64,000 nt of DNA from NCBI RefSeq assembly GCF_006345805.1, contig NC_043018.1:16120001-16184000 (forward strand). Direction: 5' to 3'. Both the position numbers and the translations under genes were made by a program. Position 1 is the stretch's first letter; every line of letters begins with the position of its first letter. This DNA comes from Octopus sinensis (Eukaryota). Positions 37,802 through 50,982 of the stretch are shown here, piece by piece. A model generated the notes under the pieces. The model saw only the letters and a program-made list of their open reading frames with translations. It had not been told where the DNA came from and did not search any database.

Positions 37802-39681
37802 TACACAGACACACACAAACTTGGCTGCTGCTAAAATATTCCAACATATATCTTTAGCTGCATCTGCCTGTAATCTCAGACACATGTCAACTAGATTATC
37901 CAGTCAAGTCCCTCTGTTTACACAGTAATGCGTAAATAGTATATTGATTTTTTTAGAACAATGCAGATAGTTGGAGTACCACTGCCAAGAAGGCAGTACC
38001 ATAACGGTACCAATACAAAAGCATCAAGCTGTTAAACAGATGGCCAGACAAAAACAGACAGCTTTCGCTTTTAGGCTGGAGAGACAAAGTCAGCTTTATT
38101 GGATGGCTGCTGAAGTTGCAGTATCAATGGACTGGCATCGTTTAACAGAGCTTCGACTGGCCAGGTCAAGGTCAGATCACGGCCAGACGTTTCTTCAGCA
38201 ATGGCCATCGGTATTTAAACCCATGGTCAATGCAAGATCTGCCTTGATTGATAACCTGTGATATATGTTTAGTTAGCAACCGCAGCAGATGGGGGTCAAA
38301 TTAGCAACAAACTAATGGTGGCCATAACGAGTTTCCACTCATTAAGGGCCAGTATATAAAGCTAGCTTCCAGGTATTTAAGGGCCAATATATATTATATA
38401 TATATATATTATATCTATAAAATAATATGTTACAATTACTCAATAGTCTTCAGCATGACAGAAAGTGACAAAGCAGGCCCTTTGAAATACAGGTACAACA
38501 GAAACAGGAAGAAAGAGTGAAACAAAGTTGTGGTGAAAGAGTACAGCAGGGTTCACCACCAACCCCTGCTGGAGCCCAGTGGAGTTTTGAGTTTCAGATG
38601 CCGAAGTGGAAATCCCCAACACCAAAAGGGGTTTCCACTTCGGCATCTGAAACTCTAGAATTTCAACTGGTTGTATCCAGTCTAAATGTTCAGCTTGTTT
38701 TGTGTTCAACCCAGCCAGATCCAGTCTTTCGCACCAAATCTCAAAAGCTACGAGATAATACTGGATTAATTCAAAACAATGTGAATAAAGAAGCATTAGA
38801 TTTGACAGATTACTGAATGCTAAAGGGTTCACCTATCAGCATTTAAACTAGCCATATCTGGCCAAAATACTCTACCTGTTTTATGATCAAACTGACCAGG
38901 TCTAGCCTCTCACACCCATCCAGCCATGTCATTCTAAAACTAATCAATCACATCATTGAAATCTCGTAGCTATGGGATAATGCAGGATTAATTCAAAACA
39001 ATGTGAATAAATAAGTATTAGATTTGACACAGATTACTGAATGCTAAAGGGTTAAACCAGCCATAACCAGTCCAAACATCGTACCTGTTTAAAATGTTCA
39101 AACCAACCAGATCTGGGCTGACACCCATACTGCGATGTTATTCCAAAAATAAACAATAGGTGCAGGAGTGACTGTGTGGTAAGTAGCTTGCTAACCAACC
39201 ACATGGTTCCGGGTTCAGTCCCACTGCGTGGCATCTTGGGCAAGTGTCTTCTGCTATAGCCCTAGGCCGACCAATGCCTTGTGAGTGGATTTGGTAGACG
39301 GAAACTGAAAGAAGCCTGTCGTATATATGTTTGTGTGTGTGTGTGTCTGTTTGTCCCCGTAGCATTGCTTGACAACTGATGCTGGTGTGTTTACGTCCCC
39401 GTCACTTAGCAGATCGGCAAAAGAGACCGATAGAATAAGTACTGGGCTTTCAAAAAGAATAAGTCCCGGGGTCGATTTGCTCGACTAAAGGCGGTGCTCC
39501 AGCATGGCCGCAGTCAAATGACTGAAACAAGTAAGAGAGTAAAGAGTAACCACATCACTGAAATCTCGTAGGTACAAGATAATGCATAATTAATTGAGAA
39601 CAATTTAATTAAATAAGCGTTTCGTTTGAGTGATACGAATGCTTAAAAGGTTAAAACATAATAATCAGAATAGTTACGTAC

Positions 39682-39847
39682 CGTGTTCATAAGGAGAGAA
39701 AGTTCCGGCATCAATGTTAATGTAAGGATCAATCTTAATCGATGTCACTTTTATATTGCATGCCTTCAACAGAGTTCCGATGCTGCTGGCAATGACCCCT
39801 TTACCAAGACCACTAATCACACCGCCTGTCACAAGAATGTACTTCAT
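39682..39847 (-). CDS. CTPS: CTP synthase, coding exon 1 ([24 protein letters not shown]...[16 protein letters not shown])
   Basis: ATG at 39847, 166 coding bp, P-loop-like [10 protein letters not shown]; donor GTACGT; upstream acceptor ccatctccag at 39881 gives 33 nt of 5-prime UTR (39848-39880). Confidence 0.98.
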
Positions 39848-40424
39848 AATGTGATTTGGCCTAACACAATGTCTGATGTTCTGGAGATGGAAAAGAAAAA
39901 GGAAGAAAAAATAAAATATTGTACATGAAAATATACAACTATCATCATTATTTTAATTTTTAGCATTTAAACTGGCCAAATTTGGAGAAAATATTCTACC
40001 TGTTTCAGATCAAATTAACTATAATAATTAGCAGGCTTCAAAAATAATGGAGTCAATTCATTCGACTAAAAGTTTAACCCTTTATTTAGTGTTCAGATTA
40101 TTCAATCAAACATAATGCTTATTGATTCCCATTGATTTGAATTCATCATGCATTATCTCATATCTTCAAGATCTTGATGGTGTAATTACTTAATGTAGAA
40201 TAACATTGTAGGGTAGGTGTGAGGGCCTGGATCTGGTCAGTTTGAACATAAAACAGATTAACTATTTTGGCCGGATATGGCCGGTTTAAATACTAAAGGG
40301 TTAAGGCAGTGCCCCAGCATAGCCGCAGTCTAATAGCCTGGTGCAGCCTCCTGGCTTCCCAGACCCCAGTCGAACTGTTCAGCCCATGGAAATCAGATGT
40401 TAAACGATGATGATATATATATAT

Positions 40425-41395
40425 TGTTATGAGTAGGTCAATTCAAGGACAGTGCTTGCAACCGACTTTTTGTGAGCTGGCGTCAAGCAGGCGAGTAAAT
40501 CCTTTGTCCCGTCAGATTCTGGAGAGAGTGATGGCTTTTGGGGAGACCTTCGACCCTTTTCAGGTGAAAGAAAGTTTGAGGAAGCACCCCTTTAAAAAGC
40601 AGGAGATATGAGTCTGTTACACAGTTGGGGACAGAGCGAGTTAGTGACAGGTGGTTCTGCCGGAGACAGTGAATGTGAAAGAGGCAGACAGGCAGAGAGG
40701 ATTAAGGAGCTGAGAAGGAACTGGGAGAGATTGCGGCGAGAGGGCATGGCCATTGCGGTAGTAGTTTCTGAAATTGTTGCAGACTGGAAAGAACATTCGG
40801 TAAAGTTTTGTTTGTGTCTTTTGGTTGTTGTATTTTGATGTGTTAAAAAAAAAAGAGAAAGAAGGAAAGAGGAAACAGAAAGAACAGTGCTAAAGAGAAA
40901 AAGAAATAAAATTGTAAAGCCATTGTGAAAAGAGTTGTTGAAAAGAAAGAAAGGAAGGAGAGAGACTAATGTATCGTTAATGTGAACTGTATCGTTAACT
41001 GTATCGTTAATGTGAACATTATGTTTTGATGGCTTTGACGGTCTGTATTGTGCATGCCTTTGATTGTAACAGAACGACGTGAACTGTTTAAATGCTTTGA
41101 TTTTGTTGCTTGTATTTTCTTTAATGTACCTGCTATGAATCACATTTCATTTTATGTTGTAATAATTGTATAAACTGTTCTTAAATGTAAGCTACTGCCT
41201 TCTTCTGTATCTCTTCCTGTTGTTGTTGCTATCTCCGGTCGCCGGGTTCGCTGCCGCCTTCCCCCACCGAATTCTCTCTCTCCCCGAGTCCGTGGCGAGT
41301 GCGCCGATCGATCAGGCCGGTAAATCGTCGTCGCTCGACTTGGTAGGGTCCCGGGTTTTCCGAAGAGTTTGAGCGACGGCAGGTGGTTCGTAACA
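40425..41395. mobile_element. Solo LTR (probably Gypsy-type), 971 bp
   Basis: TG...CA ends with imperfect inverted termini TGTTATGA/TCGTAACA and a 4-bp ATAT duplication (40421-40424, 41396-41399); no internal gag/pol. Confidence 0.7.
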
Positions 41396-42394
41396 ATATG
41401 TATAAATTATTTATGGATTAAGAAGGTAATCAATAGTTTCATGTGGAAGAGATCTGAATAACCTCATCCAAAATCGAAATGAGTACGAAGACTCCGACGT
41501 GACAAGCTTGAACAATTGTGGCAATCTCTTCTACATGAAACAATTGGTTGCCTTGAAAATCCACAAATGAAGAACATCTACCAACCAATGCAGTACTGAG
41601 CACTCAGCCTCACAATCTGCTAATAGGTTTTGGGTGTGTTCCAGAGAGCCTAACTCTCATCCTTATCACCTTAGTTCTCACCTATTCTGATGACAAATGC
41701 ATAAGGGCCCATATCAACCACACATGTATTCCATTCACATCATTTATACTTGCCACAAGCTATTTGCTACATTCATGCATCATTCACTCCTCCCTTTTAT
41801 CCACTGCTTGCTGTCTCTCATTCTCCAGAGCTAGCAATAGCCATGATAAAATGCACCAAGGACGCTCAAATAATAGGGTTGAGGGGACCTTTAAGTCTTG
41901 CCAAAAAAAGTAACAACCTTTTTAATGCATGTAGCACAAAACAATGTACCCTTTGAATTACACACACAATCATTCTGACAAGCTTCAATACAGTTTCTAT
42001 CCACCCAATTTCATTCGCAGGGTATGCATCGAAAATTACATTTTCCCAAGATTCCACACAGTGAGATTGAACTCTGTGGTTGTCAGCTATACCGTTCCAC
42101 ACACACACACAAGTAGAAAATGCGGTAGTCAAAAATTCATAAGACATACACTCATTTCGGCAAAACGTCAAAATGATTACATAACAAATAGAGACATTAC
42201 GCATCAGGCATTACACCTCTTCGATGTTTTACCATAGGAGTTAAGGGGCAAAACACTTGCCCGAGTGGGGTTTCTTCCTTGAAAAACCTTCTGCCGTTCA
42301 GACCACAAGTTTCTTAGCACCACTTCATACACACAAACACAAAAGCACACACGCATGCACACACAAACAATGTAAGAGATAGAAGTTAACAACA

Positions 42395-42464
42395 TGTGAC
42401 TCAGAATAAAACATTTCTTCAGTAATCAGAATACGTTCACTGATTAAAGATCATCATTGTCACA
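42395..42464 (-). ncRNA. Box C/D snoRNA candidate, copy 2
   Basis: Stem TGTGAC/GTCACA, box C ATGATGA, guide CAGTGAACGTATT identical to copy 1 before D-prime CTGA, C-prime TGAAGA, box D CTGA. Confidence 0.8.
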
Positions 42465-43669
42465 AGACACCTCTATAGAAATGGTTTAATTAGTCTATTG
42501 GGGCGAATGAATTAACTGAACAAAAGTTTTGGAATTATTTTTATTCTATTTCCATGCACCAGATTAAAATTCTGTACACACACACGAGAACACACATAGA
42601 CAAACACACATATATGCAGCCTGAAAAAGTTTAAGAACCACTGGTTTAGACAAACAGATCGACTCCAATATCGGGCTTTGATCAGCCTGGGGAGATAAGT
42701 ATAAGACACTTCGTCAAGGTGCCACATTGTGGGACTGAACCCAGTACCATGAGGTTGCAAAGCATGCTTATTATCACACAGCCATGCATGCACCTATGTG
42801 TGGCGTAGCTGAGCAGTTTGGTTCCCAATCACAAACTTTCAGGTTCAATTTATCTGTGTGTCTGTGTCTGACCCCCACCCCCCATCACTTGACAGCCAGT
42901 ATTGTGTTCACATCCCCATAACTTAGCAGTTCGGCAAAAGGGACTGATAAAATAAGACCCAGGCTTTAATAAATAAGTCCTGGTGTTGATTTGTTCAACT
43001 AAAACCCTTCATGGCGGTGCTCCAGCATGGCCGCAGTCAACTGAAACAACTAAAAGAGTAAAAGACTGTGTGTATATATGTATACTAGCAGTATCGCCCG
43101 GCGTTGCTCAGGTTTGTAAGGGAAATAACTATAAAGCATTTTTTGAGAGTTATAGCAGGTGGCACGTAAAAAGCAGCCACTACACTCACGGAGTGGTTGG
43201 CGTTAGGAAGGGCATCCAGCTGTAGAAACATTGCCAGATTAGACTGGAGCCTGGTGCAGCCTTCTGGCTTCCCAGAACCCCGGTCGAACCGTCCATCCCA
43301 TGCTAGCATGGAGAACGGCCGTTAAACGACGATGATGATGATAGCCAAAAAATAGCAAAAAAATGGGGGGAAAATGATGGTAAATTTTTTTGAGAGTTAA
43401 AAAAGGTGGAGTTGCGTCCCCTAGACGGTCTGTGGTTTGGGTTTCTGATTCTCGACTCCATGTCGAATTTATCGATTTTTTTCAGAACTGGGGGAACTTT
43501 TCAAAATTTTCGCTGCGTTAGTTTTGAATTATGACATTGGGCTATGTGTGTGTCAAGTTTCATCAGAATCGGTTGAAAGCCGTGGTCAGGGTGAGGGTAC
43601 AACCAAACAGACACACAGAAACACACACAGACAAACTGCCGTTTATATAGAGAGAGATATATATATATT

Positions 43670-45815
43670 AGCGGTTGGGAGGCAGTTGCCGGCAACCGTG
43701 GAGAATGGCGATGTACAGTAAAAGAGGGAATACAAAAGAGTGACAGCAACCGTGGAAAATGGTGACGTACAGTAAAAGAGGGAATACAAAAGAGTGACAG
43801 CAACCGTGGAGAATGGTGACGTACAGGAGAAGAGGGAATACAAAAAGTGACAGCAACCGTGGAGAATGGTGACGTACAGTAAAAGAGGGAATACAAAAGA
43901 GTGACAGCAACCGTGGAAAATGGTGACGTACAGTAAAAGAGGGAATACAAAAGAGTGACAGCAACCGTGGAGAATGGTGACGTACAGTAAAAGAGGGAAT
44001 ACAAAAGAGTGACAGCAACCGTGGAGAATGGTGACGTACAGGAGAAGAGGGAATACAAAAGAGTGACAGCAACCGTGGAGAATGGTGACGTACAGTAAAA
44101 GAGGGAATACAAAAGAGTGACAGCAACCGTGGAAAATGGTGACGTACAGTAAAAGAGGAATACAAAAGAGTGACAGCAACCGTGGAGAATGGTGACGTAC
44201 AGTAAAAGAGGGAATACAAAAGAGTGACAGCAACCGTGGAGAATGGTGGACGTACAGTAAAAGAGGGAATACAAAAGAGTGACAGCAACCGTGGAAAATG
44301 GTGACGTACAGTAAAAGAGGGAATACAAAAGAGTGACAGCAACCGTGAGAATGGTGACGTACAGTAAAAGAGGGAATACAAAAGAGTGACAGCAACCGTG
44401 GAGAATGGTGACGTACAGGAGAAGAGGGAATACAAAAGAGTGACAGCAACCGTGGAGAATGGTGACGTACAGTAAAAGAGGGAATACAAAAGAGTGACAG
44501 CAACCGTGGAAAATGGTGACGTACAGTAAAAGAGGGAATACAAAAGAGTGACAGCAACCGTGGAGAATGGTGACGTACAGTAAAAGAGGGAATACAAAAG
44601 AGTGACAGCAACCGTGGAGAATGGTGACGTACAGTAAAAGAGGGAATACAAAAGAGTGACAGCAACCGTGGAAAATGGTGACGTACAGTAAAAGAGGGAA
44701 TACAAAAGAGTGACAGCAACCGTGGAGAATGGTGACGTACAGTAAAAGAGGAATACAAAAGAGTGACAGCAACCGTGGAGAATGGTGACGTACAGTAAAA
44801 GAGGGAATACAAAAGAATGACAGCAACCGTGGAGAATGGTGACGTACAGTAAAAGAGGGAATACAAAAGAGTGACAGCAACCGTGGAGAATGGTGACGTA
44901 CAGGAGAAGAGGGAATACAAAAGAGTGACAGCAACCGTGGAGAATGGTGACGTACAGTAAAAGAGGGAATACAAAAGAGTGACAGCAACCGTGGAGAATG
45001 GCGACGTACAGGAGAAGAGGGAATACAAAAGAGTGACAGCAACCGTGGAGAATGGCGACGTACAGTAAAAGAGGGAATACAAAAGAGTGACAGCAACCGT
45101 GGAGAATGGTGACGTACAGTAAAAGAGGGAATACAAAAGAGTGACAGCAACCGTGGAGAATGGTGACGTACAGGAGAAGAGGGAATACAAAAGAGTGACA
45201 GCAACCGTGGAGAATGGTGACGTACAGTAAAAGAGGAATACAAAAGAGTGACAGCAACCGTGGAGAATGGTGACGTACAGGAGAAGAGGGAATACAAAAG
45301 AGTGACAGCAACCGTGGAGAATGGCGACGTACAGTAAAAGAGGGAATACAAAAGAGTGACAGCAACCGTGGAGAATGGTGACGTACAGGAGAAGAGGGAA
45401 TACAAAAGAGTGACAGCAACCGTGGAGAATGGCGACGTACAGTAAAAGAGGGAATACAAAAGAGTGACAGCAACCGTGGAGAATGGTGACGTACAGGAGA
45501 AGAGGGAATACAAAAGAGTGACAGCAACCGTGGAGAATGGTGACGTACAGTAAAAGAGGGAATACAAAAGAGTGACAGAGGGAGAGAGGAGAAATGGAAA
45601 GAAAGGAAGAGACGTAAACAAGAGACTATGGCACTACAACCAGCCAGGAACAGTCTTCGCTACATTTGCGGTACCTGCCAGAGGGAGTGTTTGTCCAGGA
45701 TAGGACTACACAGCCACAGCAGGAAATGTATTAGGACATGAAATATAAAAGCCGGACTAGACTACAAAAAAAAAAAAAAACATGCACAACCTCCCGAGAC
45801 AGAAAGGATGCCAAT
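43670..45815 (+). mobile_element. 5-prime-truncated RTE-clade LINE 3-prime end with internally amplified ORF2 segment
   Basis: Flanks read SGWEAVAGNRGEWR-TVKEGIQKSD...RGREEKWKERKRRK...YICGTCQRECLSRIGLHSHSRKC-stop (45739-45741), then a CTCCCGAGACAGAAAGGATGCC 3-prime end. Confidence 0.8.
43692..45577. repeat. Minisatellite, about 35 x 54 bp
   Basis: Unit GCAACCGTGGAGAATGGTGACGTACAGTAAAAGAGGGAATACAAAAGAGTGACA with a few recurrent variants. Confidence 0.97.
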
Positions 45816-45871
<56 letters not shown>

Positions 45872-48383
45872 TATGTATATGTGTTTGTACACACACCTGC
45901 AGGCATACACAGAGAACACTTGACTAAGGGGCCTTATGCAATGAGACTGAACACGAAATTATGCAAATAAGTCAAAAGAGAAGACAAACAAACGAAGCTT
46001 GTAAACGAGTTGGTTGATTATTTATATAGATAAAGCAGGTGAACAAACTATGAAGTGTTTGTATAGAGGTCAGAGCAACCTAAAACCAGATCTAAAATAA
46101 TTGAACTTACCATAGCATATGTAATTGGGCAGACAACCAGACAGAGAAAAATAGCTCTGACTGACTTTAATTGATGCTCTGGTAACTGTTGCCTTTCATC
46201 AACATCATCAATTTCCCTCACTGGCTCGTCAGAGGACCGTGCCAAGTTCTGTCTGCTTTGGCATCAATATGGTTTTTTTATGACTGGATGCCCTTCCTAA
46301 ATGCCAACCACTTTACAGAGTGTAGTGGGTGATTTTTTATGTGGCACCAGCACTGGTGAGGTCACCAAGTAATATGCAAGACAAAGATAAAGCTTCCCCT
46401 CGATTGGGGGAAGCGTAATATTGAGAGGGGTCAATTTGTACCAGGTGATGTGGAGTTAAGCTATAAGGGGATATAGACAGGTGTCTTACTACAGAGTAGG
46501 TATATGACTATCTTTGCTGAACAGAGAGAGACAGAGAGAAAGAGAACAAAAGGAAAGGTGGAGGTGAAGATGTGCCAAAGCATACCTTCAAGGTACAAGA
46601 GGTTAAAGTGGAATGGTACAGATTAATGGACAGGGGGAGTGAGAAGGGGGGGTTTACAAGAGTGTAAATGGATAGAAGATAGGTGGGGGGGAGAATCATG
46701 AAGAATTCAGTGGAATAACTTTTGTCCTTATTAAGATTTGTTGGAAGAATTGAATTTAGATCATTTTAAATCCTTCAACATTCAGATTCCTCTGTCAAAT
46801 GTAAAGCTTATTTATCCATATTTTTTCTGAATTAATCAGGCATTTATTTCAAAGTTCAAAGATTTCAAAATTTGTGTCTAATTACTTTTAGAATGGCCTT
46901 GTAGGGTAGATGTGAAAAGCCAGATCTGGCTAGTTTGAACATAAAACGGGCACTCCATCAGTTACAACAATGAGGGATTCCAGCTGATCCCATTAACAGA
47001 ACAGCCTGCTCATGAAATTAATGTGCAAGTGGCTGAGTATTCCACAGATATGCAATACCCTTAATGCAGTTCTCAGAGAGATTCAGCGTGACAAAGCTGG
47101 CCCTTTGAAATACAGGTACTACTCATTTTTGCCAGATGAGTGGACTGCAGCAATGTGAAATAAAGTGTCTTGCTCAAGGACAAAACGCTTTGCCAGGAAT
47201 TGAACTCATGAACTGAATATCCAAACCACTAAAGCCACACACTGTCGAATGTAAAGCTTATTTATTCGCACCATTTTGAATGAACCATGCATTGTTTTCA
47301 CAGCTTCCCCCAATGCCTAGATATATTTCCATAGAAGATGAGAACAAATGATACCATTTCCACAGAAGTGATGCTCATTTTCCAGCTTTCACACAAGGGT
47401 AACCAAAAACAAATATGGTATAATGACCCTTTCAAGGTACAAACTTATTAAATTCCTTGTTAATTTCAAATTGAAACAAAGGTGGTACGTAAAAAGCACT
47501 ATCCGACTCGTGGCCGATGCCAGCGCCGCCTCGACTGGCTTCCGTGCCGGTGGCACGTAAAATACACCAATCCGACCGTGGCCGTTGCCAGCCTCGCCTG
47601 GCACCTGTGCAGGTGGCACGTAAAAAGCACCCACTACACTCACGGAGTGGTTGGCGTTAGGAAGGGCATCCAGCTGTAGAAACATTGCCAGATAAGACTG
47701 GAGCCTGGTGCAGCCTCCTGGCTTCCCAGATCCCGGTCGAACCGTCCAACCCATGCTAGCATGGAGAACGGACGTTAAACGATGATGATGATGATGATGC
47801 GGTATTGCATTTCAAGGGAAATCTAGTAAGAAAAGGGCTCTTATAAAAGGGTTTACCTTATGGAAACAAGTTCAGTGCTTTTAAACAGTTTCCCAAAAAT
47901 ATTTCCTGTGTCAACCCTTTTAACATGTTATAATCGTCCTCGTTTTGAAGCACTTCGAGAATTTTGTTACTAACCTGCCCAAAATTGTCCTGGCCCCTAT
48001 GAAACAGGCTTTCTGTTTTAACCCCTTTTGATACCAAAGCACCTGAAACAGCCCCTCGTTCCATGACACAAACTTCATTTTAAAGTATTCTAAATTAAAA
48101 CCATCCATTAAAAATCCATGGTTATCTTCCAAGCACCAACTTAATGACAAAGTTAATTTACTCAATTAATTCAAACAAAGCCAATGTATGGTGATATGGT
48201 AATAAGGGGGTTAAATTAAAACCTTCAATCAAAAAATGTTAATTTAAGTTTCAACACTAGGTTAATTAATAACAGCAAACGGTTAAACCACACAGTTATT
48301 TATGCACCTTATATAAAACGATTTACCTTTTGGTAGTAAACTACAACATTTCTAAATTAATTTTGAGAAATATTTCATGTTAA

Positions 48384-48602
48384 CCCTTTCGTTACTTTAT
48401 ATTTTGAGATGCTCTGTGTTTCTTTCAATTAGTTTAAATATAAAAAAGAATTTAGTAAAATAACTTGGTTATCATTCAGCTAGTGTTAGGAACATAAATT
48501 GTGACTAAGGTTTGGTGGAAGATTTTAATTCAAAAGTTATGAAAACAAGACATTTGTACTACAGAACCAGAGCCGGTTTCGGCCGGGTTGGTAACGAAAG
48601 GG
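48384..48602. mobile_element. piggyBac-type MITE, second family; related copies at about 12800-13015 and 48020-48225
   Basis: TTAA flanks (48380-48383, 48603-48606) and perfect 12-bp TIR CCCTTTCGTTAC/GTAACGAAAGGG. Confidence 0.8.
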
Positions 48603-50486
48603 TTAAACCACACTGCCATGCATGTACCTGAAGTAGAATTATTTACCATTTTGGGAGCAAGACAATGGTGTTTCTAAGTGACTTTCAGGAAATACTTTGT
48701 GAGTTAAAGAAAATCAGCAGCACAGCTATAGTGACCCATTCTTCATTCTCAAACAAAGTTATGAAACTCAAACTTACCATTAACATGAGACTACAGAACC
48801 GAGAAGATGGTGAGAGGAAATAACAGGATTCTGATGGCAAAAATGAGCCTCCAAATGGTGTTGAGATTCTATCAAATGAAGGGGAAATGGTCAATCAAGT
48901 TTCTGGCACTCCATTGAATCCTGCAAACTTCACACAGTTTAGTATTTAAACTAGCCATATCTGACCCAAATGTTCTACCCGTTTTATGTTCAAAGCAGCC
49001 AGATTGGACCTCTCACTTATCCAACAACGCCATTCTAAAGATAAAACATGCATTCCAATCTCAACAGTGCAAGTGGCAACGAGAAAAAGCATCCAGTCCG
49101 AACTATAAAATGGTTTGTGACACTAAGGAAGGGCCTCCCGTTGCAAAAAACTATACCAAAGACGATGCTGAAACACAATCCAGTTCTTGGATATCAGATC
49201 CAATCAAATCCTCCAACCCATTAAATTATGAGTGTGTGTGTGTATATACGTGTGCAACAGCTGGGTTTAATTAGCACATATTTACCTTGTAACACCTGCC
49301 ATGTACACAAATGCTTCTGCCTGTTTACATTTACAACTAGAGCTAATACAACCATATTTTCTTACACATGTTCCATATACAAACACCACACAGACATCTA
49401 CATACATAAATGCACACACATACACACACACACCTATTAATCCAATGAAATAGCCATCATGTGGGTAACTCCCTTTTCCAAGTGTAATAACTTGTCCTGT
49501 ACTTTTCTAGAAGAATATTATTTTCCTTGCTCACATTTAACCATGTAATCCATGATTTTTCCAGGCTTCGTCTGGCCTCCGTGCCGGTGGCATGTAAAAA
49601 GCACCATCCGAGCATGGCCGTTCGCCAGCCTCGTCTGGCACCTGTGTCGGTGGCATGTAAAAAGAACCCACTACACTCACGGAGTGGTTGGCGTTAGGAA
49701 GGGCATCAAGCTGTATAAACACTGCCAGATCAAGATTAGAGCCTGGTGCAGCCTTCTGGCTTCCCAGACCCCAGTTGAACCTTCCAACCCATGCTAGCAT
49801 GGAAAGTGGACGTTAAACAATGATGATGATGTTAATTAAAAATGTGTCAATTAGCAGTGTTATTAATTTTTTCCTTATTTCAGTGATATTAAAAGTCCCC
49901 TAGAACTATATTATCACCCTCAAATTTGAGAAACAAATATTCATAGCTCTTTCCTTTTAAAACTTCATTGTATGAAATTCTTCTAATTGAGATCCATCAT
50001 TCAAGCTTAATTAAAATATAGTTGTTTTTAAAATAAACAAGTTAATCATACTTAAATCCAACATTTTGCCTTTTTTTTTCGTGATATTTTACCTCAACTT
50101 TTTTGATACAAAGTTTTGTTGCATGGAACCAAAACTATGAAATTCTTCATCCTTTCTTCTATCATTGAAGCTAAGAGAAATAAATTTTGCTTTTATAATG
50201 AAAAAAGTTATTCAGATCTAAACTTGATTGGTGACGTTACTTTGCTACAAAATCTTCTGAAATGAAAACTTTTTTTTCTACAGGATCAAATCTCAATTTT
50301 TTCATACCAAAATGTAGCTAGGGACCAGTCCTCTTTAAAAATACTGGTTTTCCATTTGATTAAGAACTGAATTAGTGACAAGCTCTGAAAGATGCTGCAC
50401 GTGAGTAAATTGCAGCCTTAATATTCAACTACTACCAAAGTTGAATGATATATATGTGTATATATATATATGTGTGTATATATATA

Positions 50487-50517
<31 letters not shown>

Positions 50518-50936
50518 CATGCTAGCATGGAAAGCAGACGTTAAATGATGATATATATTATATATACACATATTGCATATACATCATGTCTGTGTTCCTA
50601 TCTATCATCATTTAACGTCCACTTTCCATGCTAGCATGGGTTGGACCGGGGTCTGGAAAGCCAGGAGGCTGCACCAGGCCCAGTCTGATCTGGCAGTGTT
50701 TCTACGGCTGGATGCCCTTCCTAACGCCAACCACTCCGTGAGTGTAGTGGGTGCTTTTTAAGTGCCACTGGCACAGGAGCCAGGCGAGGCTGGCAACGGC
50801 CATGATCGGTTGGTGCTTTTTACGTGCCACCGGCACTGGTATCACAACTACAATTTCCATTGATTTTTGATCGATTTTGATTTCACTTGCCTCAACAGGT
50901 CTTCACAAGCAGAGTTTTGTGTCCCAAGAAAGAAAG

Positions 50937-50982
<46 letters not shown>

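Noticed and set aside
41866-42204. 112-aa ORF with a protein-like stretch WENVIFDAYPANEIGWIE
   Set aside because: The DNA aligns by eye to a decayed family A SINE core
43501-45621. Three very long minus-strand ORFs (706, 515 and 619 aa)
   Set aside because: They are by-products of a 54-bp repeat that lacks stops on that strand, use non-ATG starts, and run into a Helitron-like element; the meaningful frame is the decayed plus-strand RTE frame
46048-46245. Minus-strand ORF with a hydrophobic segment and a strong donor ATG/GTAAGT at 46111
   Set aside because: Its upstream part overlaps a decayed retroposon, it has no good acceptor and no recognisable homology; it cannot be excluded as a UTR exon
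48778-48920. AG...GTAAGT-bounded minus-strand segment
   Set aside because: There are stops in all three frames; a non-coding exon is possible but unsupported
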